Of a stretch of DNA of 15,894 nt, positions 1-5,995 are shown one piece after another. This stretch comes from Candidatus Iainarchaeum sp. Its GTDB lineage: Archaea > Iainarchaeota > Iainarchaeia > Iainarchaeales > 0-14-0-20-34-12. The position numbers and the translations under genes are program-made. Below the pieces are notes generated by a model, which was given only the letters and a program-made list of their open reading frames with translations, did not search any database and had not been told where the DNA came from. The stretch lies in NCBI GenBank assembly GCA_030649345.1, contig JAUSKK010000009.1, positions 1 through 15,894 on the forward strand, given 5' to 3'. The number at the start of each line of letters is the position of its first letter. Position 1 is the stretch's first letter.

Positions 1-18
1 AAAAGATTAAGGAAAACC

Positions 19-366
19 TTAATCTTTAGCTAAGCTGTGTACCATTTTCAAAGATACTACGACTACTGCTGGAATTACCATGGTCATGACATTGGTTAAC
101 ATTTTGGTTAAGTACATTCCGACTGTTGGAACTGCTCCCAATCCTGTGCTTCCCAATCCTGAAACAATGACTAATCCAACTGTGGCTAACAAGAAGTCTT
201 TACTTTCGTGTCCTGAAACATTCAAGAATCCTACAACTAAACCTAATACAACCAATCCTGTGGATAGCATGGTTGCATCCAAGGTTACAAAGGCTGCGGC
301 TACAGCTAAAACTATTCCTAAAATGAAAGCCCAGCTTCCAATCATTTGCATTGAATTTTCGCTCAT
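19..366 (-). CDS. small hydrophobic membrane protein (about 3-4 predicted TM segments), function unknown
   Basis: 115-aa ORF, almost entirely hydrophobic and Gly/Val/Leu-rich. The reverse complement of 373-381 reads GGAGGGTGA, a Shine-Dalgarno-like site 6 nt upstream of the ATG at 366. The antisense ORF 80..403 is Pro/Thr/Asn-rich and low-complexity, so it is treated as a shadow. Confidence 0.6.
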   Translation of the reverse strand: MSENSMQMIGSWAFILGIVLAVAAAFVTLDATMLSTGLVVLGLVVGFLNVSGHESKDFLLATVGLVIVSGLGSTGLGAVPTVGMYLTKMLTNVMTMVIPAVVVVSLKMVHSLAKD

Positions 367-497
367 TAAACTTCACCCTCCTATAGGTTATACAACCCTT
401 TGATTGAATTCTTTTAATACCTTTCGTTTAATCCAGTTTCGAAGTTCGTTGATTGCCGTATTGCTTTGTTTTTATTATTTTGTTTCATTACTGTGTA

Positions 498-1655
498 ATG
501 ACTTCTGAGATTGTTTTTCCGTATGAATTTGATTCCGAAAAACGAAAAAAATCTAAAATTTACTTAAAACAAAAATTAATCACTGGCCTGTTAAATGGTT
601 TTGTAGTTCCTTTAATTTTTTTAGTTTGGATGATTTTCTCTGGCTTTGGTTTGGCTTTAGAACAATTTGCATTTTCGCTTTCTTCTGTTTTTGGAATTCC
701 TATTTTTGTTTTTTTGTTTTTAACTTTAACCGAATTGGTTGAATTTCCTTTGGGTTTTTATTCGAGTTATATTTTTGAACACAAATACCATTTATCCAAT
801 TATTCTTTGAAAGGCTGGTTTAAAGATTTCTTTAAAGGCTTGCTGTTAAGTTATGTGATTGGAATTCCTTTAATGTCTTTGGTGTTCTTTTTTATTTCCA
901 ATTTTTCAAATTGGTGGATTTTAGCTTGGCTGGTGTTAACTGTGTTTTCTGTTTTTATGGCATTCATTTATCCTGTGATTATTTTTCCATTTTTTTACAA
1001 AACTCAACCCTATCAAGATCAAGAACAAGTTCAAGCACTGCTGGCCATGGTTCAAAAAGCCGGAGTTAAAAACATTGATCGTGTTTTGCTGGCTAAAGAA
1101 AGCGAAAAATCCAAAAAACCCAATGCTATGTTTGCTGGAATGGGTAAAACCAAAACCATTGTATTGTTTGATACTTTAACCGAAAGCTTTACTTTTGATG
1201 AAACTCAAACAGTGGTTGCCCATGAGCTTGGCCATTATGTTTTCAAAGACAATTATAGATTCATTGTATTGGAAGCAGCAGCTTTATTGCCTACTTTGTA
1301 TGTAATTAATTTAGTTCTACAGTCTAGTTTTGTTTGGTTTGGAATTCCAATTATTAGTTTAGTCATTATCCCTGTGTTTGTTTTAACCAGTTTAGTGATT
1401 GAATTTTTTTCCGGTCCAATTATTCAAGCATATTCTCGGCACCGTGAATTGTCTGCAGATATTTTTGCATTGGATTTGGTTGAAAAACCATTGGCTCAAA
1501 TTTCAACTGAAAAACGTTTAGCAGACATGTCTTTAGCAGATCACAATCCAAATAAATGGATTGAAATTTTATTTTTTTCACATCCTTCTTCTCAAAAAAG
1601 AATTGATGCTTGCTATGCTTGGGCTAAAGAGCACAATTTAAAATTAGATAAATAG
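498..1655 (+). CDS. M48-family (Ste24/HtpX-like) integral membrane zinc metalloprotease
   Basis: HELGH zinc motif (VAHELGHYVF), a downstream RHRELSADIFALD motif and several N-terminal TM helices, as in M48 peptidases. The track ORF starts at TTG 453. I prefer ATG 498 (MTSEIVF...) because the A/T box tttttattatttt at 468-480 lies 18-30 nt upstream. Confidence 0.85.
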   Translation: MTSEIVFPYEFDSEKRKKSKIYLKQKLITGLLNGFVVPLIFLVWMIFSGFGLALEQFAFSLSSVFGIPIFVFLFLTLTELVEFPLGFYSSYIFEHKYHLSNYSLKGWFKDFFKGLLLSYVIGIPLMSLVFFFISNFSNWWILAWLVLTVFSVFMAFIYPVIIFPFFYKTQPYQDQEQVQALLAMVQKAGVKNIDRVLLAKESEKSKKPNAMFAGMGKTKTIVLFDTLTESFTFDETQTVVAHELGHYVFKDNYRFIVLEAAALLPTLYVINLVLQSSFVWFGIPIISLVIIPVFVLTSLVIEFFSGPIIQAYSRHRELSADIFALDLVEKPLAQISTEKRLADMSLADHNPNKWIEILFFSHPSSQKRIDACYAWAKEHNLKLDK

Positions 1656-1670
1656 AAAACTTTTTTTGAC

Positions 1671-1820
1671 TTATTTTGGCAATCGCTTTCTTACTGTAAC
1701 TGTTGGTTTGGTTATAGGTCGTTTTCCTAAAGCAGCTGATCTCCAAGCAGATACAGCCATTCCTAAAATACTTCCAGTTCTTCTAGGTTGCGGTTTTCGA
1801 ACAGGTCTAGGTCCAGGCAT
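1671..1820 (-). CDS. candidate 49-aa basic small protein (MPGPRPVRKPQPRRTGSILGMAVSAWRSAALGKRPITKPTVTVRKRLPK)
   Basis: Hand translation of the minus strand gives ATG at 1820-1818 and TAA at 1673-1671, below the ORF-track length cutoff. It fills an otherwise 217-nt gap in a very compact region. Its ATG is about 27 nt from the centre of a palindromic TATA-like box (1842-1852), which is also about 26 nt from the divergent Trm112 ATG. No homolog recognised. Confidence 0.35.
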   Translation of the reverse strand: MPGPRPVRKPQPRRTGSILGMAVSAWRSAALGKRPITKPTVTVRKRLPK

Positions 1821-1841
1821 ATATTATACTATTGCTGAACC

Positions 1842-1852
1842 TTATTTAAATA
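1842..1852. promoter_or_regulatory. palindromic TATA-like box (TTATTTAAATA), possibly serving two divergent leaderless genes
   Basis: Near-palindromic A/T box. It is centred about 26 nt upstream of ATG 1873 (+) and about 27 nt upstream of ATG 1820 (-). This matches the usual archaeal TATA-to-start spacing if both mRNAs are leaderless. Confidence 0.4.
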
Positions 1853-1872
1853 CTTATTTTCTTAATCTTTGC

Positions 1873-2040
1873 ATGCCTTTATCCCAAGAATTGCTGCAAA
1901 TCTTAGTTTGCCCTCAATGCAAAGGCGAATTAGCTTATTTAGTTGAAAAGTCCAAATTAGCCTGTAAATCTTGCAAACTGGCTTTCCTGGTTGAAAACAA
2001 TATTCCTATTTTGTTAATCGATCAAGCAGTTTCAATTTAA
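1873..2040 (+). CDS. Trm112-like / UPF0434 small zinc-ribbon protein
   Basis: 55 aa: MPLSQELLQILVCPQCKGELAYLVEKSKLACKSCKLAFLVENNIPILLIDQAVSI. It has CPxC...CxxC cysteine pairs and the typical (D/N)xIPILL ending of Trm112/DUF343 proteins. The 69-aa N-terminal extension in track ORF 1666..2040 has no support. The stop overlaps the convergent gatB stop (TTAA at 2037-2040). Confidence 0.75.
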   Translation: MPLSQELLQILVCPQCKGELAYLVEKSKLACKSCKLAFLVENNIPILLIDQAVSI

Positions 2041-3350
2041 TTTTTTATTTTGGCCAATAGTATTTCTTGAATTATTTCAACTTTTTGATTTTTGTTTTCT
2101 TGTTTTATTTTTCCAATCAAAAAATTCAATGAATTCTGTTTTCCGTTTCTATAATCTAGTACGGCTTGTTCATTTTTTTCCAATATTTGTTTTATGGCAG
2201 TCTCTAAATTGTTTTCTGAAATTTTCATTTCTGTTTTTCCGTCCAATTTGTTGCGCAGCCATTCAACTGCCTGCATTTCTTCAATTTGTTTTTCTTTCAT
2301 TTTTTGAATAATTTCAATCAAAAATTCGTTCAAAAATTCAATGGACTGTGAAATATTTCTGTATTCCAATTCATGTTTTACGTGTTTTTGAAAAAACAAT
2401 CCAGCCGTTAAAAAATCACAGCGTGAACTTATTTTTGAAAATGATTTTACTAAATTTTTTTTCGAGCAAATGGTTTGAGCTGTACTAAATGCCAGCCCTT
2501 TTTGAATTAATTGATTTCGATAATTTAGCGGATGAATGGGTGCTTGTTGAATTATGGCTTCAATCATTTTTGAATCAATGGCAAAACTTGCAATATCTGG
2601 GTCTGGAAGATGTCTGTAATCTGCGGTATCTTCTTTGTCTCTGGATTCAAACAAACATCTTGCCTTCCGGTCTAAATGAAGTGTTTTTCGCACAATTTTT
2701 TTCCCTTGAGCCATTAACATTTTTTGTCTTTGTTCTTCTAATTCTATGGCGATTTCTATATCGTGAATGGAATTTAAATTTTTAATTTCTCCGCGTTCTG
2801 CTCCAATAGAAACATTTACGTCTATTTTGAATTCTGCTCCAGTTCTGCAAAATTCCAAATAATCCAACAAGTATTTGAATTCTTTCAAAAATTCAATGGT
2901 TTCTGGCCCTGAATATAATTCTGGTTCAGTTACCAATTCCAGCAATGGAACTCCGGAACGATTAAAATTCACAGTTCCGTGTTCAAAATCATAGTCTCCA
3001 GCATCTTCTTCTGCATGAATCTCTCGAATATTTACTCCGCGAAATTTTCCTTGAATGATTAAAGGTTCTGTGGTTCGCTGGAAATTGTTGGGTAAATCCG
3101 GATAAAAATAATGTTTGCGCAAAATTTTTATTTGTTTTTTTTCGACAATGGTTCCATGCAAAAAATGGCTTAATTCAATGGCTTGTTCAATAACTGTTTG
3201 ATTCAACTTCAAGGGTTTAGCTCCAGGTTGCCCTGTGCAAATTTCACAAATATTTTCATTTCCTTTTTTTCCAACATAGTCTGCAGAACAAGCGCAAAAT
3301 AATTTGCTTTCTGTTCTAGGGTAAATATGGATTTCCAAGCCAATCTTCAT
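2037..3350 (-). CDS. gatB: aspartyl/glutamyl-tRNA(Asn/Gln) amidotransferase subunit B
   Basis: MKIGLEIHIY...KLFCACS...CEICTGQPGAKP, RKHYFYPDLP, IHAEEDAGD, NRSGVPLLELVTEP, EIKNLNS and DYRHLPDPD are all GatB/GatE-family signatures. Its position directly after gatC-gatA argues for GatB. I chose ATG 3350-3348 because it forms an ATGA overlap with the gatA stop (TGA 3349-3347). The track ORF extends to 3386. Confidence 0.9.
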   Translation of the reverse strand: MKIGLEIHIYPRTESKLFCACSADYVGKKGNENICEICTGQPGAKPLKLNQTVIEQAIELSHFLHGTIVEKKQIKILRKHYFYPDLPNNFQRTTEPLIIQGKFRGVNIREIHAEEDAGDYDFEHGTVNFNRSGVPLLELVTEPELYSGPETIEFLKEFKYLLDYLEFCRTGAEFKIDVNVSIGAERGEIKNLNSIHDIEIAIELEEQRQKMLMAQGKKIVRKTLHLDRKARCLFESRDKEDTADYRHLPDPDIASFAIDSKMIEAIIQQAPIHPLNYRNQLIQKGLAFSTAQTICSKKNLVKSFSKISSRCDFLTAGLFFQKHVKHELEYRNISQSIEFLNEFLIEIIQKMKEKQIEEMQAVEWLRNKLDGKTEMKISENNLETAIKQILEKNEQAVLDYRNGKQNSLNFLIGKIKQENKNQKVEIIQEILLAKIKN

Positions 3351-4687
3351 GGAGCATTCACCCAATTTTCCCATTTTTGTAAGCAACCCAAAACTGTTTT
3401 ATCTTCAAATTGATTTCCCATAACTTGCAATCCAATGCCTTCGCCTAAAGAAATACTTCCAGCTGGGCTTCCAATTAAATTGGCTTGAACAGTTAACAAA
3501 TCTGCAGAATACATTTGAATAGGGTCTGCAATTTTTTCACCCAAGCCAAACGGCGGGACTGGTGCCACACTGGAAATTAGGATAGGTGTTTTTTGAAATA
3601 ATTGAGTGTATTCTTTTTGCAATCTTGCTCTTGCCGTTAATGCCTTTTTGTAAAATTTTTGGCTTTCTTCTTTTTGAGTTAAATAAGTTCCCAATAAAAT
3701 TCTTCGCTTGACTTCTTTTCCTAAAACACTTCGATTGACTTTCACTGCTTCTATAATATCGCTTCCTGAAAATTGTTTTCCATACTTGAATCCATCAAAT
3801 TTTTGCATACTGCTGGAAAATTCAGCATACATGCAGGCATAATATGCTGGAACAGCTATTTTTTGCAAAGGCATTGAGTGCTCAATTACTTCCAGTCCTT
3901 TTCGTTCCAGTGTTTGAATTGTTTTTTTTATTTTTTGTTCAACTTTTGTATCTAAATTTTCCATTTGCTCTCGAATGATTCCAATTTGTGTAATTTCTTT
4001 TTTTTCTTTTAGTTTTTCTTTTTGTTCACAAAATAAATTCAGTAATGTTTCCGAGTATTGAACTGTTTTTTCCATCCAGGCAACAGTATCCAAACTCATG
4101 GCCAAGTCACTTAAACCATGCCGTGAAATAATGTCATGCGTTGGCTTAAAGGATTGAATATTGCAAAAAGTTGCCGGCAAACGAATACTGCCTCCAGTAT
4201 CCGATCCAAGGCCTATGTCGCATAATTCTGCTGAAACCGAGCATGCTGTTCCAGAACTGCTTCCGCCGCATGTTTTTCCTTTAAATTTTGGATTTTGGCT
4301 AGTTTGAAATGCACTGTTTTCTCCGCTGGAGCCGCAGGCAAATTCATCGCAATTGGTTTTTCCCAAAATAATTCCGTCTTCTTTTAGAATCTGTTCAACT
4401 ACTTTTGCAGAGTAGGGCGCGATGTATCCATCCAATGATTTGGAACTGCATTGAAACGGCAGTCCTTGTACTGCAAAAACATCTTTAATGGAAAAACATA
4501 ATCCAAATAACTTTCCATGTTTTTCTTTAGGTTTTTTTTCTAATTCATTGATTCGTTCCAACAGTTTGCCTAAAGATTCAACAGAATTAAATGCCTGCAA
4601 TTCAGATTTGCGTGCAATTTGTTCCAAGTAATTGAGTGTTCGTTCCCGTAATTCAGTTAAGGCCTTGCCTGTTTTTTTCGGCATCAT
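3347..4687 (-). CDS. gatA: aspartyl/glutamyl-tRNA(Asn/Gln) amidotransferase subunit A (amidase signature family)
   Basis: Amidase signature region GGSSSGTACSVSAELCDIGLGSDTGGSIRLPA. Length is 446 aa and the gene sits between gatC and gatB. Confidence 0.92.
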   Translation of the reverse strand: MMPKKTGKALTELRERTLNYLEQIARKSELQAFNSVESLGKLLERINELEKKPKEKHGKLFGLCFSIKDVFAVQGLPFQCSSKSLDGYIAPYSAKVVEQILKEDGIILGKTNCDEFACGSSGENSAFQTSQNPKFKGKTCGGSSSGTACSVSAELCDIGLGSDTGGSIRLPATFCNIQSFKPTHDIISRHGLSDLAMSLDTVAWMEKTVQYSETLLNLFCEQKEKLKEKKEITQIGIIREQMENLDTKVEQKIKKTIQTLERKGLEVIEHSMPLQKIAVPAYYACMYAEFSSSMQKFDGFKYGKQFSGSDIIEAVKVNRSVLGKEVKRRILLGTYLTQKEESQKFYKKALTARARLQKEYTQLFQKTPILISSVAPVPPFGLGEKIADPIQMYSADLLTVQANLIGSPAGSISLGEGIGLQVMGNQFEDKTVLGCLQKWENWVNAP

Positions 4688-4706
4688 AGTTTGCTCCTAT
4701 TTTTAT

Positions 4707-5027
4707 TCAAACTCTTCTGGAATTTGAATTCTGTTCCCAACTCGAGTTTTTATAAAATGTTTTGGGAACAACGGCAAGGCTGTTTTTTTGTTCTGGAAAC
4801 ATTTTTACAATATTTTTTGAATTTAAATGAATATGAATACAATCTTTTCGAAATTCATTTTCTTGTTTTTCGTTTGTTTGAAATCTTTCTTCTTGAATGT
4901 CTATTGTGTTTAAAGGTTCTAAAAATTTTAGAATTTCTGCCAATTCTTTTTCAAATTCTTGAAATTCTTTTTCAGTTAATTCCAGTCTGGCTAAGTGTGC
5001 TAGTTTTTCCAATTCTTCTTTTTTCAT
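4707..5027 (-). CDS. gatC: aspartyl/glutamyl-tRNA(Asn/Gln) amidotransferase subunit C
   Basis: MKKEELEKLAHLARLELTEKEFQEFEKELAEILKFLEPLNTIDI... matches the GatC pattern (hAxLARLxLxxxE). It lies 19 nt upstream of gatA. Start is ATG 5027, with ATG 5033 (MLMKK) as an alternative. The track extension to 5126 would run through the hairpin element and into the lrp 3' end, so I reject it. Confidence 0.8.
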   Translation of the reverse strand: MKKEELEKLAHLARLELTEKEFQEFEKELAEILKFLEPLNTIDIQEERFQTNEKQENEFRKDCIHIHLNSKNIVKMFPEQKNSLAVVPKTFYKNSSWEQNSNSRRV

Positions 5028-5035
5028 AAGCATTA

Positions 5036-5097
5036 CAACCCGCGTGCGGGTTGGTAACACGTGGCACTTGCGTTTCACTTCAGTGCCACAGTTTTTT
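5036..5097 (+). repeat. double-hairpin element, copy 1 (unclassified structured RNA/DNA motif plus T-tract)
   Basis: Hairpin 1 is CAACCCG(5036-5042)/CGGGTTG(5047-5053) with loop CGTG. The linker GTAACAC contains CACGTG. Hairpin 2 is GTGGCACT(5061-5068)/AGTGCCAC(5082-5089) with loop TGCGTTTCACTTC, followed by TTTTTT (5092-5097). It is collinear with copy 2 at 10965 and shows compensatory stem substitutions. It fills the whole gap between the lrp stop (5096-5098) and the gatC start. Confidence 0.6.
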
Positions 5098-5533
5098 ATT
5101 CTTTGACTGTGCGGAAAACCAAACAACTTAAGGTTGCTGCAACTCCACGAATTCCTCGAACTCTATCCAATATGGTTTCTCCAATTTTTTTTAAATTTTC
5201 TCCGCGTACTTTGATGATAATATCAAATGTTCCAGTAATAATGTAGACTTCTTCTACGCCGGGAATTTTTGCAATTTGTTTAGCAACCTCATTTTGGTCA
5301 ATGCCTGACTTGTAATCATAGGTAATCAATACCATGGAAGTTGTTCCTAAATTTAATTTTTCATAATCTGGAACAATGGTGTATTTTTTGATGAATCCAT
5401 CGGTTTCCAATTTTTTAATTCTGTCAAAAACAGTGGTTCTCGGCATTCCCAATTCTTTAGCTAACTCTTTTACACTCTTCCTAGAGTTTTCTTTTAAACT
5501 ATCAATAATTAAAGAATCTTTTTTATCCATCAT
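5096..5533 (-). CDS. Lrp/AsnC-family transcriptional regulator
   Basis: N-terminal wHTH (IIDSLKENSRKSVKELAKELGMPRTTVFDRIKKLETDGFIKKYT) plus a C-terminal RAM/AsnC_trans_reg-like domain (VLITYD...VEEVYIITGTFDIIIKV). An A/T box (reverse complement catttataaattaaata) lies about 25-35 nt upstream of the ATG, suggesting a leaderless mRNA. Confidence 0.9.
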   Translation of the reverse strand: MMDKKDSLIIDSLKENSRKSVKELAKELGMPRTTVFDRIKKLETDGFIKKYTIVPDYEKLNLGTTSMVLITYDYKSGIDQNEVAKQIAKIPGVEEVYIITGTFDIIIKVRGENLKKIGETILDRVRGIRGVAATLSCLVFRTVKE

Positions 5534-5661
5534 ATACTTATTATGTCGGTATTTAATTTATAAATGTATCACTATTCCGTCTTTTTGACAATAAAACCGT
5601 CATTAGTTTTAAATATAACCTAGTTTATTGTATTTAGTACGCAGAAAATGGGGCAAAATAC

Positions 5662-5720
5662 GGGTGGGTAGTCGCAACACCGCCTGACCGCGGTGGCAGG
5701 TCGTGATGCTAAAGCATCAC
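5662..5720 (+). other. tRNA-Asn 5'-end duplicate fused to two GC-rich hairpins (unclassified RNA-like element)
   Basis: 5656-5673 (aaatacGGGTGGGTAGTC) repeats 5746-5763 (aaatatGGGTGGGTAGTC), which is the upstream flank plus the first 12 nt of tRNA-Asn, with one mismatch over 18 nt. It continues as CACCGC(5678-5683)/GCGGTG(5690-5695) and GTGATGC(5703-5709)/GCATCAC(5714-5720). No matching 3' acceptor strand exists, so it is not a complete tRNA. Confidence 0.4.
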
Positions 5721-5751
5721 TGTCTAAAGATTAAAGTTAATCCAAAAATAT

Positions 5752-5824
5752 GGGTGGGTAGTCCAATTTGGTAGGATGCAAGGCTGTTGACCTTGGGACA
5801 CTGGTTCGAGTCCAGTCCCACCCG
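5752..5824 (+). tRNA. tRNA-Asn (anticodon GTT), no intron, CCA not encoded
   Basis: Manual cloverleaf: acceptor GGGTGGG/CCCACCC, D arm GTCC-AATTTGGTA-GGAT, anticodon arm CAAGG-CTGTTGA-CCTTG (GTT at positions 34-36), T arm ACTGG-TTCGAGT-CCAGT, discriminator G. Confidence 0.92.
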
Positions 5825-5830
5825 CTATCC

Positions 5831-5890
5831 AAACCCTTCCAGGGTTTCGATGCATCCCGGGTGGAGGATCTTCGTTTCACTTGATCCTCC
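5831..5890 (+). repeat. double-hairpin element, copy 3 (divergent stems, conserved loop)
   Basis: Hairpin 1 is AAACCCT(5831-5837)/AGGGTTT(5841-5847). The 15-nt linker contains ATGCAT and CCCGGG. Hairpin 2 is GGAGGATC(5863-5870)/GATCCTCC(5883-5890) with loop TTCGTTTCACTT. That loop shares the 10-mer CGTTTCACTT with copy 1, although the stem sequence is completely different. It starts 6 nt after tRNA-Asn. Confidence 0.5.
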
Positions 5891-5995
5891 TGAACTTAAT
5901 TGCACTTGATACTGCGTTGGCAAAAAAGAAAGAAACCGTATTTGATCAAAAGAAATCAAATTAATTTGTAATTGTTTTAAGTTGTGTGAAATTTT

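Noticed and set aside
80-403. 107-aa + strand ORF antisense to the small membrane protein gene
   Set aside because: Its low-complexity Pro/Thr/Asn-rich translation is typical of the reverse frame of a hydrophobic gene. It has no start context, and the minus-strand ORF has a strong GGAGGGTGA ribosome-binding site.
1666-1872. N-terminal 69-aa extension of the Trm112-like ORF in the track
   Set aside because: The Trm112/UPF0434 fold is complete from Met at 1873. The extension has no motif. A TATA-like box lies inside it, and the opposite strand carries a more plausible small ORF.
2129-2785. Two + strand ORFs (60 and 98 aa) inside gatB
   Set aside because: They are antisense shadows of a confidently identified gene. 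Their translations are Phe/Leu-rich, as expected from the reverse complement of Lys/Glu-rich coding sequence.
4691-5246. + strand ORFs 4691..5029 and 5061..5246, and the gatC 5' extension to 5126
   Set aside because: The + ORFs are shadows of gatC and lrp. The gatC extension would read through the conserved hairpin element and overlap the lrp 3' end, and GatC homology begins at MKKEELEKLA.
5376-5588. 70-aa + ORF overlapping the lrp 5' end
   Set aside because: It is antisense to a clear Lrp/AsnC wHTH domain and has no supporting signals.
5662-5890. Reading the hairpin elements as C/D-box or H/ACA sRNAs, or 5662-5720 as the 5' half of a split tRNA
   Set aside because: GTGATGC at 5703 resembles a C box but is fully paired with GCATCAC, and no CTGA D box follows (it reads CTGT). 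No ACA box follows any hairpin and no pseudouridylation pocket is present. No 3' tRNA half with a complementary leader or a second CCCACCC acceptor strand exists in the window. I keep these only as unclassified structures.
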